From contig NZ_CP019633.1 of NCBI RefSeq assembly GCF_001997385.1, positions 1,050,001-1,082,000 of the forward strand: a stretch of DNA of 32,000 bases, given 5' to 3'. Below, piece after piece: positions 24,639-32,000 of this stretch (its first letter is position 1; every line of letters starts with the position of its first letter). The position numbers and the translations under genes were made by a program. Below the pieces are notes generated by a model, which made no database searches, was not told where the DNA came from, and saw nothing but the letters and a program-made list of their open reading frames with translations. Source of the stretch: Sedimentisphaera cyanobacteriorum (lineage in GTDB: Bacteria; Planctomycetota; Phycisphaerae; Sedimentisphaerales; Sedimentisphaeraceae).

Positions 24639-26189
24639 TTAATGTTTATAAGAAAATTCCCTGCTGTTGACAAGAGCCCATGCAATATCCTGAGAAGCGT
24701 TGAGCAAATTAAGCCCGCTGCTGCGGGAGTAATCTAATGCATGCTTGAGTTCTTCTTGGCTGGGCGGCCTGCTGAGGATGCTGAGATACAGCCCCGCTGC
24801 AATCCGGTTTCCGTTTTTTCTATTATCACGAACCAGTTTTTTCAGCTTCCAGCTTCTTGAAATCTTGCTGTTGATGTAGTTGGAATTCAGCAGATACCTG
24901 CTCTGCGCGGCAGAGGGCTCTAAATTTCTCTCTGCGAGAAAGCCGGTATCTCTTGAGGGCTTGCCGAACAGTGCGAGAAACGGGCTGGTAATGCTGCCGT
25001 CCTGAATGGATACAGCTTTTTTGTATGCAGGGAAGAAGGTAAAAGGCTCGGGGATTCGGCTTATATAATTCCCGCTGCTGCCGCCGAAAATTTTATCGAG
25101 GATGTCCGAGAGGACTTCCGCTTCCACCCGTCTTATCTTGTAGCAGGCGAAATATTTCTCCGCTTCTGCAGGCCTTTGCTCGGGCATAGAAGACTGCTGG
25201 TAGGTTTGGGAGGAGGTAATAAACTTAATCAGATGCGCAACATCCCAGCCGGAGGAAACGAATTCCTTCTTCAGGCAGCTCATAAGCTTCGGATTAACCG
25301 GCCTGCTCTCAGGCCTGCGGTTGTCGAGGTCGGTATAGATGCCGCTTCCCATAAGCCAGTACCACACGCGGTTAACCATATTTTCCGCAAAATAATCATT
25401 TTCCCCTGAAACGAGCCATTTTACGAACGGAGCTCTAGGGTCTTCGCCCGCATCAATCGTAACTTCCCTGCCCCCGAAAGGCAGAGTCGCTATAAGTTTT
25501 GTCTCTGCGGCTGGGTCGTTATATATTATTTCCTCTTTCCATTCTTTCGTGCCTTTATAGCAGAGCCTTGAAAAGAAGGGTGTAATGCTTTGTGAAGTTT
25601 TATCAGGCCAGTTTTCCAGCCTTATGCCCATAAACGTAAGTGCTGCAGCAGAAGCAATGGTCTCAGGTTCATTTCCCTGAATTGCCCTGTAAAAATTTAC
25701 AGGAGGGGATCGGAAATTGCTGCCGCTGGATAAAAGAATTTCCTGAGCGAATTTATCGTAGGGCTTGTTGTTCAATACGCTGTCATATATCCACTTGTAA
25801 TAAGCCTGAACGCCGTTTGGCCATAGATTAACCGGAAATTCCGCCTTAACCCGCAGGGTATCGCATAGCTTCATTGTCCAGTAATCAGCGTATTCAGGGC
25901 TGCCCAAAAGCTTATTGATGAGCTTTTGACGTTTATTTTTGCTCTTGTCTTTCAGAAATTCCCTGACCTGCCAGTTGTGCGGGATTGTGCCGGTAAGGTC
26001 TAAGTAAATGCGTCTTAGAAATACAGTATCCGAACACTTTTCTGCCGGCTTGAGTCCCTTTTCCTTTAAAACGCTTAAAACAGCCCTGTCCAATTGACTC
26101 TGCGAATCCGCCAAAGATGACGAACCGGTCTGGTACAAGCCGGCAAAGCTTGCAGAGACAAATAAAATAATAAAAGCAAAAAGCCTCAT
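24639..26189 (-). CDS. DUF1549/DUF1553 domain protein (short form without a cytochrome-c module)
   Basis: 516 aa with a Sec-type N-terminus. The DUF1549 signature is SDTVFLRRIYLDLTGTIP...FLKD...KR.KLINKLL. DUF1553-type segments are NRVWYWLMGSGI and FGKPSRDTG. The C-terminus ALVNSREFSYKH is characteristic of the family. No CxxCH motif is present. Confidence 0.88.
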   Translation of the reverse strand: MRLFAFIILFVSASFAGLYQTGSSSLADSQSQLDRAVLSVLKEKGLKPAEKCSDTVFLRRIYLDLTGTIPHNWQVREFLKDKSKNKRQKLINKLLGSPEYADYWTMKLCDTLRVKAEFPVNLWPNGVQAYYKWIYDSVLNNKPYDKFAQEILLSSGSNFRSPPVNFYRAIQGNEPETIASAAALTFMGIRLENWPDKTSQSITPFFSRLCYKGTKEWKEEIIYNDPAAETKLIATLPFGGREVTIDAGEDPRAPFVKWLVSGENDYFAENMVNRVWYWLMGSGIYTDLDNRRPESRPVNPKLMSCLKKEFVSSGWDVAHLIKFITSSQTYQQSSMPEQRPAEAEKYFACYKIRRVEAEVLSDILDKIFGGSSGNYISRIPEPFTFFPAYKKAVSIQDGSITSPFLALFGKPSRDTGFLAERNLEPSAAQSRYLLNSNYINSKISRSWKLKKLVRDNRKNGNRIAAGLYLSILSRPPSQEELKHALDYSRSSGLNLLNASQDIAWALVNSREFSYKH

Positions 26190-26489
26190 AGGCCAACCCT
26201 TTCAGCTCCGCTTAAGGCGGGGGTATATATAATTTCTTGTATAGACGTTTTCCAGCAGTGTAATATTTCATTGAGCAGAATTATTACGTTAAATCATTTT
26301 TTAACTTCCTGCATTGTTTGAGTACTGAACTTCTCATATTATTATAATGTACGCACAAACAAGATTTTTACTTAAAAATCAGCGGAAAAACTGAATATTT
26401 TTATTGAAGCCTGATTTTCAGCACGTCTGAAGCGGACATAAAAGCACTATATTGTGAAGTGCTTTTGTGCAAGTTCAATGCAGCATTGT

Positions 26490-26517
26490 TTGACCTTGCG
26501 GGCTTTTTACTTAAAAT
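26490..26517 (+). promoter_or_regulatory. Sigma70-type promoter candidate for gpmI-mutL
   Basis: TTGACC (26490..26495), a 16-nt spacer, then TAAAAT (26512..26517). This lies about 53 nt upstream of the gpmI ATG. Confidence 0.4.
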
Positions 26518-26570
26518 TCGCTTTCTGGAAACCTTTAAAAATTTTAAGCTTATTGTGAAAGGTTAAATAG

Positions 26571-28151
26571 ATGAGCTCTAAAAGTACGATTAGAAAAAGA
26601 CCTTGCGTAATGATAATACGCGACGGCTGGGGGCACAACCCCAACAGCGATGACGATAAATTTAACGCAATAAAAATCGCAAACACCCCCACAGATGATA
26701 TGCTTATGAACGATTATCCAAACACGCTTATGCATACCAGCGGTGAGATGGTGGGTCTGCCTAACGGTACGATGGGCAACAGCGAGGTCGGCCATCAGAA
26801 TATCGGTGCAGGACGCGTGGTATATCAGGATTCTGTACGTATTACCCTGAAAATAAGGGATGAATCTTTCTATGAGAATGAAGTTTTGCTTGAGGCGATG
26901 AACAGGGTTAAGCAGAATTCAAGCAAACTGCATATTATGGGTCTCTGCAGTGATATAGGCGTTCATTCTCTGCTAGGACACCTCTACGGCGTTCTCGAAA
27001 TGGCAAAGCGAAACGGGGTTGAGGAAGTTTATCTGCACGCACTTACCGACGGCCGCGACAGCTCCCCCACGAGCGGTCTGGGCTTTCTCAAGGATATTCA
27101 GGCAAAGATGAACGAGATCGGCGTTGGCAAGATTGCCAGCATCAGCGGAAGATTCTATGCTATGGACAGAGACAACCGCTGGGAAAGGGTATCCAAGGCC
27201 TACAACTGCCTGACGAAGGGTGAAGGCGGAAAGTCCGGGTCATTTGAACAGGCAATGCAGGACTGCTACGCAAGGGAAGAAACAGATGAATTCATCAAAC
27301 CTTTAAACATAACCGGCGAAGACGGCAAGCCCTTGAGCCTTATTGAAGACGGGGATTCGGTAGTATTCTTCAATTTCCGAGGCGACAGGCCTAGAGAAAT
27401 CACAAGGGCTTTTGTGGATGATGATTTCGCAGGCTTCCAGAGGGACAAAAAGCTCGATCTGCAATTTGTATGTATGACCCAGTACGACAAAACCATAAAC
27501 GCCCCTGTGGCATTTCCTAAGCCTCCCAAGATGAAAAACATCCTCGGGGAGTATCTCAGCAGTCTCGGGCTAAAACAGTTCCGCTGCGCAGAAACGGAAA
27601 AGTATGCCCATGTAACCTTCTTCTTCAATGACTACCGAGAAGAACCTTTCGAGAAAGAAGACCGGCAGATTATCCCATCCCCCAAAGTGGAAACGTACGA
27701 TTTGCAGCCGGAAATGAGCGCGAACAAAGTATGCGATGCGGTGATGGAAAGGCTCGAAAAGAATGAGTTTGATGCGATTATCGTAAACTTTGCAAATCCG
27801 GATATGGTCGGACATACAGGCGTTCTCGATGCGGCTGTAACGGCATGCGAAACGGTTGATGAGTGCGTTGGAAAAATCCTATCGAAGGTTAAGGAAATGA
27901 ACGGAACCGCGATAGTTTTCGCAGACCACGGCAACTCAGAGAAGATGGCTGATGGAAACCCTGACAATCCTTTCACCTCTCATACTACCGGTGATGTGCC
28001 GTTTATAGTGTTCGATGAAGAGCTGAAAAATACAGCTCTTGCCAGCGGCGGCTGCCTTGCAGATGCCGCCCCTACAATGCTCGAACTGATGGGAATAGAA
28101 AAACCGAAAGAAATGACCGGAAGGAGCCTGATCCAGAAAAATGGCGGATAA
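26571..28151 (+). CDS. gpmI: 2,3-bisphosphoglycerate-independent phosphoglycerate mutase
   Basis: 526 aa. Motifs IIRDGWG, MGNSEVGHQNIGAGR, GRFYAMDRDNRWERV, NFANPDMVGHTG and ADHGN are canonical for iPGM. Confidence 0.93.
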   Translation: MSSKSTIRKRPCVMIIRDGWGHNPNSDDDKFNAIKIANTPTDDMLMNDYPNTLMHTSGEMVGLPNGTMGNSEVGHQNIGAGRVVYQDSVRITLKIRDESFYENEVLLEAMNRVKQNSSKLHIMGLCSDIGVHSLLGHLYGVLEMAKRNGVEEVYLHALTDGRDSSPTSGLGFLKDIQAKMNEIGVGKIASISGRFYAMDRDNRWERVSKAYNCLTKGEGGKSGSFEQAMQDCYAREETDEFIKPLNITGEDGKPLSLIEDGDSVVFFNFRGDRPREITRAFVDDDFAGFQRDKKLDLQFVCMTQYDKTINAPVAFPKPPKMKNILGEYLSSLGLKQFRCAETEKYAHVTFFFNDYREEPFEKEDRQIIPSPKVETYDLQPEMSANKVCDAVMERLEKNEFDAIIVNFANPDMVGHTGVLDAAVTACETVDECVGKILSKVKEMNGTAIVFADHGNSEKMADGNPDNPFTSHTTGDVPFIVFDEELKNTALASGGCLADAAPTMLELMGIEKPKEMTGRSLIQKNGG

Positions 28152-30099
28152 CCCCACCAACCGCCGAATACATATTCTCGACAAGAATATGGTTAATATG
28201 ATCGCTGCCGGCGAGGTGATCGAAAGGCCGGCGAGCGTGGCAAAGGAGCTTCTTGAAAACAGCATAGATGCCTCGGCAGACAGGGTTTATCTGCACATAG
28301 AGGACGGCGGGAGAAAGCTCATTCAGATTACAGATAACGGCACTGGGATATCGGCTGAGGATATCCCAGATGCCTTCGAACCCCACGCAACGAGCAAAAT
28401 CCAAAAAGTTGAAGACCTCTCTTCGATCCGTTCTATGGGTTTCAGGGGAGAGGCGCTTGCGAGCATAGGGTCTATAGCGAGCGTTAAGCTCACAAGCAGA
28501 ACGAAAGATTCGATACAGGCCAACAGCATTGATATAGACTGCGGCGAAAAAGGCGAGGTATTCCCCGACAGCTCCGATTACGGGACAAAAATCGAGGTTC
28601 GCAATATTTTCTACAAACTCCCCGCCAGACGCAAATTTCTCAGAACAGCCAACACGGAGATGGGGCATATCTCCGAGCAGTTTACAAGGATTGCCCTTGC
28701 CAACCCGCAGCTCGAGATGAAGCTCTCGCACAATAAAAGGGTACTGCACAATCTATCAAAAGGGCAAAGCATTGAGCAGCGCATCGGCGAGCTCATCTCA
28801 AAGGAAATACGGGACAACCTGATCAGTATTGAAAATCAGGAAAGAGGAATTATGGTGCGTGCGCAGGTTTGCAGCCCGTCAATCTCACGTGGGACGAACA
28901 AATTTCAGTACACCTTCCTCAACGGCAGATATATCAGGGACAAGTTTATCTCGCATGCTATTAAAGAGGCCTATCGCGGGCTCCTTGAGCCGGGCAAACA
29001 CCCTGTTACGTTTATATTCCTCGAAATGCCCTATGAAAACTACGATGTGAACGTACATCCTACAAAGACTGAAATAAGATTCGACAACCCCAATCTAGTT
29101 CACTCTCAGGTGCTCGCATCGCTCAGGGAGAAACTGCTGAACGTTAAAACAGAGGTTCAAGGCAGTATAAGCTCTGCAGGCTTTGATGCACTGCCTTCAG
29201 GCGGAGAAAGAGGAAAATCAAACGCCGGAGCAGCATTCCAGGCAAGCGAGACCCTCGATGAGGCAATGAACAGAAACAGCAGTGAATACGCCGAGCGGAT
29301 CAAAGAATCCATGCAGAATTTCTTCGAGAAAAGCTCCCCCGGCACAACGAAAGACCTCCCGGGCTTCTGGAATCAAAGACCTTCAGCAGGCAGTAAATCG
29401 CATTCTCCGAGAAAACCCTTCCAAAACGCCGGGCACTCATTCAGACCTTCGCAGAATGCAGCAGAGGAATTCAGCCTGCCCCCGATTGAAAACCGCCCTG
29501 AAACTGAGCCTGCCTTAAATAAATGGTTCCAGATTCACAGCAGCTACATACTCCGCGAAACAGAAGAGGGATTTGAGATAATAGACCAGCATGCACTTCA
29601 CGAGAGAATAATTTATGAAAAGATGTATGCAAGGATACAAGACAGCGGCAAAGGCGCGCCGGAATCGCAAAAGCTTTTAATCCCTGAGACGTTCGAGGTT
29701 AGAGAGATGGACAGAGAGATTCTTGAAGCCAGTATTGAACTGTTGGAAAAGCTCGGGATACATATCGAACCTTTCGGCCCTGAAACTTGGGCAGTGCAGT
29801 CGTTCCCCACGCTCCTAAGAAAGGCATCGCCTGCAGAGTTTATGGCTGAATTCGTTGAAAGGCTTTCAGACACTCAGATTAAGCCGGGAAGCGAGGAGCT
29901 TGTGCACTGCGTTTTAGATACCGCCTCGTGCAAGGCTGCAATAAAGGCCGGGCAAAAGCTCGGCGATGAAGAAATTCGCCACCTTCTCGAAGAGGCCGAG
30001 CAAACAGAAAGAAGCGGGAGATGTCCTCACGGAAGGCCCACGCGCATCAGCTTTTCGCTCAAAGACCTTGAGAAACAGTTCAAAAGAACAGGTTTTTAG
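28141..30099 (+). CDS. mutL: DNA mismatch repair protein MutL (endonuclease-proficient type)
   Basis: 652 aa. The GHKL ATPase N-terminus reads AAGEVIERPASVAKELLENSIDA. The C-terminal endonuclease motif is DQHALHERIIYE (DQHA..E....E) with a CPHGRPT zinc motif. The start overlaps the gpmI stop by 11 nt. Confidence 0.93.
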   Translation: MADNPTNRRIHILDKNMVNMIAAGEVIERPASVAKELLENSIDASADRVYLHIEDGGRKLIQITDNGTGISAEDIPDAFEPHATSKIQKVEDLSSIRSMGFRGEALASIGSIASVKLTSRTKDSIQANSIDIDCGEKGEVFPDSSDYGTKIEVRNIFYKLPARRKFLRTANTEMGHISEQFTRIALANPQLEMKLSHNKRVLHNLSKGQSIEQRIGELISKEIRDNLISIENQERGIMVRAQVCSPSISRGTNKFQYTFLNGRYIRDKFISHAIKEAYRGLLEPGKHPVTFIFLEMPYENYDVNVHPTKTEIRFDNPNLVHSQVLASLREKLLNVKTEVQGSISSAGFDALPSGGERGKSNAGAAFQASETLDEAMNRNSSEYAERIKESMQNFFEKSSPGTTKDLPGFWNQRPSAGSKSHSPRKPFQNAGHSFRPSQNAAEEFSLPPIENRPETEPALNKWFQIHSSYILRETEEGFEIIDQHALHERIIYEKMYARIQDSGKGAPESQKLLIPETFEVREMDREILEASIELLEKLGIHIEPFGPETWAVQSFPTLLRKASPAEFMAEFVERLSDTQIKPGSEELVHCVLDTASCKAAIKAGQKLGDEEIRHLLEEAEQTERSGRCPHGRPTRISFSLKDLEKQFKRTGF

Positions 30100-30106
30100 C
30101 CGCTCT

Positions 30107-30790
30107 TTATACCAACCGGCAGCTTGGCGTGTATTTCCGAATGAGATTATCTATATGGTCGCTTTGCCGTTTTATAGACGCGTATAAGTGGAGATTGTTC
30201 AGAGCTCTGGTGAAGTTGTGGTCTTCCCATCGGATTTTGAAATACACATCGCCGTTGATATAGTCTGTGAGAAAGCGTGTGCCAATCATAAGAGATAAAA
30301 GACGCACTGCCTGATTAATATGCTCTATTTCCGAACTGACAAGCACATCACCGCCAGCCTGCATAAAACCTTCCAGCAGACACTCAAACCTTTTTATATC
30401 CAATGAGGCCGAGCAGAACTGCTCAGGGGATTCTTCTGATACGGTATTCGCTGCAGAACGTATCATATCGCCGAAATCAAACAAGACAGAACCCTTCATC
30501 ACAGTATCAAGGTCGATTACGCAAAGAGGCCGGCCTGTTTCTTTGTCGAGAATAACATTATTAATCTTGGCATCGTTGTGGGTTATTCTAAGGGGAACTA
30601 TGCCGGTTTCTATTTTATCCTGCAGAGACACCAGATCAGAGCTGTTTTCAAATACAAAATCAACCCATTCCTGCACAGAAGAAAGCCTGCCCGCCCTGTT
30701 CTCTATAGCGGCCTGCTCGAGCTGTCCTGACTTCGGCGGTAAATTTTCATAAGTCCTTGTCAATAAAGGACTCGATTTTTTGCGCAGGCA
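30107..30790 (-). pseudogene. 5'-truncated NahK-like / APH-family sugar or small-molecule kinase remnant
   Basis: Only the C-terminal lobe is present: LRITHNDAKINNVILD...VIDLDTVMKGSVLFDFGD...RFLTDYINGDVYFK. In intact family members, roughly 150 residues of nucleotide-binding lobe precede the HxD catalytic loop. Here the frame opens at a stop at 30791..30793, right next to the IS end, and the only start available is a TTG. Confidence 0.6.
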
Positions 30791-30794
30791 CTAC

Positions 30795-32000
30795 AAACCC
30801 TATTTCGGAAGGTTTTTCGGCGGGTGAAATTACATTTTGTAAGGCGTTGTATTGGTGCTGAGATTAACTGTTTTATAGAGTTTTCTTGCGTCCTCGTTAA
30901 TCTTTGATGGCAGGACATATCTGCACTCTGTTTTCTTATCCCAGAGTATGCTCAGCTGCACGTGGTTGAGGGCATTTACAATCCTCGCCACAGACATCGG
31001 CTCAAATCTCAGCCGAACCCTGTAGGCCAGATTTCTCGCGCAGGTTAGAGCGATAAAGCATATCAGTATATGGGCTTTGATTCGTTTCGGCGTCCAGTGG
31101 TATATCGGCCGTATCTTCAGATCGTGCTTGCTTATCCTGAAGCACTCTTCAATCAGCCAGAGCTGCCTGTAATGATCTACTACAGCCGAATCATCCATAT
31201 CCTTAACATTCGTTATAACACCGTGAAGACCATCAAAATTCGCAGCCTCTTCATATTTCTCTTCATCTATCCGGCAATCTATATCGCCGGTAACACGCAT
31301 AAACTTCTTGTAGCCGTAGTTGCTTATAAGTGATTTGGGGTTGCTGCTCTTTTCAAGCTTCTCCTGGAGCTTTCTTATAGCTTCATCCCTGTCGTGCTTA
31401 TTCTTTTTAGCGAGTTTATCGCTGTAGGTAACAATAAGCCTTGTATCTTTGCCGTAATCAAAGCTTCTAAGCGGGGCATTGGATTCTGTAACCTTTGCTT
31501 TCCATTTATCAGTGAGGCTTTTAAGCCTCGCTGCCACAATATACTCAACTCCCTGCTTTTCAAGGTAATCAAGATTAGCCTTGCTAAGCATTGCGCTGTC
31601 TGCGGTGAAGATAACACGCTTGAGGTTGTATTTCTCTTTGATCTTAGGGATTACAGTATGCAGCGTATGCCCTTCATACTGATTGCCGGGGAATACCTCA
31701 TAACCTACTGGAAGCCCTTCTGATGTGGACAGAAGACCAAGGACAACCTGCGGCTGATTGAACTTCATATCCTTGCTGTAGCCGTTCTTTTTGAGCTCAT
31801 CTTCTGTAAATGATTCAAAATAAAGCGTGGTGCAGTCGTAGAAAAGAAGACTTATCTCTTCGCCGAGAAGGCCTTTAGCAGCACTGTGAGCACAGTTTTG
31901 AGCCTTGCTGATAATATCATCTGTGATATTATCCATCATACGGTAAACGCTGTCTAAAGAAAGGTTAATGCCGAAGTCTTTGGAGAGATCCTGAACGCTG
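30795..32000 (-). mobile_element. IS1634-like (IS4 superfamily) insertion sequence, partial (continues beyond the window)
   Basis: The element is defined by the transposase ORF below. The left boundary is only approximate, lying somewhere between the kinase-frame stop at ~30791 and the transposase stop at 30830. The other end is outside the window, so the inverted repeats cannot be compared. Confidence 0.55.
30830..32000 (-). CDS. IS1634/IS4-family DDE transposase; N-terminus outside the window
   Basis: The frame stays open upstream of the track's ATG (31939) all the way to nt 32000 (...FGINLSLDSVYRMMDNI...). Motifs YDCTTLYFES, SKDMKFNQPQVVLGLL, FPGN..E..TL, FTADSAML and YRQLWLIEECFRISKHDLKIRPIYHW match IS1634-type transposases. 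Confidence 0.8.
   Translation of the reverse strand, partial: SVQDLSKDFGINLSLDSVYRMMDNITDDIISKAQNCAHSAAKGLLGEEISLLFYDCTTLYFESFTEDELKKNGYSKDMKFNQPQVVLGLLSTSEGLPVGYEVFPGNQYEGHTLHTVIPKIKEKYNLKRVIFTADSAMLSKANLDYLEKQGVEYIVAARLKSLTDKWKAKVTESNAPLRSFDYGKDTRLIVTYSDKLAKKNKHDRDEAIRKLQEKLEKSSNPKSLISNYGYKKFMRVTGDIDCRIDEEKYEEAANFDGLHGVITNVKDMDDSAVVDHYRQLWLIEECFRISKHDLKIRPIYHWTPKRIKAHILICFIALTCARNLAYRVRLRFEPMSVARIVNALNHVQLSILWDKKTECRYVLPSKINEDARKLYKTVNLSTNTTPYKM

Noticed and set aside
26441-26465. A perfect 8-bp hairpin, AAAGCACT-(9 nt)-AGTGCTTT followed by T, that looks like a terminator.
   Set aside because: It sits in the divergent intergenic region between the DUF1549 operon (minus strand) and gpmI (plus strand). 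No co-directional gene ends upstream of it on either strand. It may be a regulatory site about 25 bp upstream of the gpmI -35 element, but I cannot support a specific function.
1-32000. A search for CRISPR arrays, rRNA genes, reverse transcriptases, toxin-antitoxin pairs or known defence-system signatures.
   Set aside because: None was seen. There are no regularly spaced direct repeats of 25-40 bp and no rRNA-like conserved stretches. All ORFs longer than 200 aa are accounted for by the features listed.

Overview
All calls come from reading the supplied ORF translations and the DNA by eye. No searches or computations were run, so family names are motif-recognition calls from memory.

The window looks like a chromosomal segment of a PVC-group bacterium (Planctomycetota/Phycisphaerae-like or Kiritimatiellota/Lentisphaerota). 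This is inferred from a DUF1549/DUF1553 + DUF1501 gene pair, Tat-exported sulfatase-type proteins and PPC-repeat proteins.

Most of the window is housekeeping:
- a 5'-truncated glycogen-debranching-type glucosidase
- trpS and folD (one minus-strand operon)
- a CNNM/CBS transporter
- fusA, rpsA, a DUF164 zinc-ribbon protein and purN
- tRNA-Val, tRNA-Met and tRNA-Glu
- a class II (B12-dependent) ribonucleotide reductase, nrdJ, preceded by two pairs of NrdR-box-like palindromes
- gpmI and an endonuclease-type mutL

Two insertion sequences are present:
- A complete 1.54-kb IS5-family element with 21-bp imperfect inverted repeats sits next to tRNA-Val.
- An IS1634/IS4-type element runs off the right edge and appears to have truncated a NahK-like kinase gene.

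The most interesting locus is a tightly packed five-gene minus-strand operon (18362-26189). It encodes a DUF1549/DUF1553 protein, a DUF1501 protein, a 752-aa secreted double-PPC protein, a leaderless chorismatase/RidA-like enzyme and a Tat sulfatase. Its core pair has no established function.

Secondary curiosities:
- an unexplained ~400-bp region with phased CACTRA repeats upstream of nrdJ
- non-canonical positions in all three tRNAs (C33 in tRNA-Val; G1:U72 in tRNA-Met and tRNA-Glu)

No CRISPR array, rRNA or recognisable defence system was seen.
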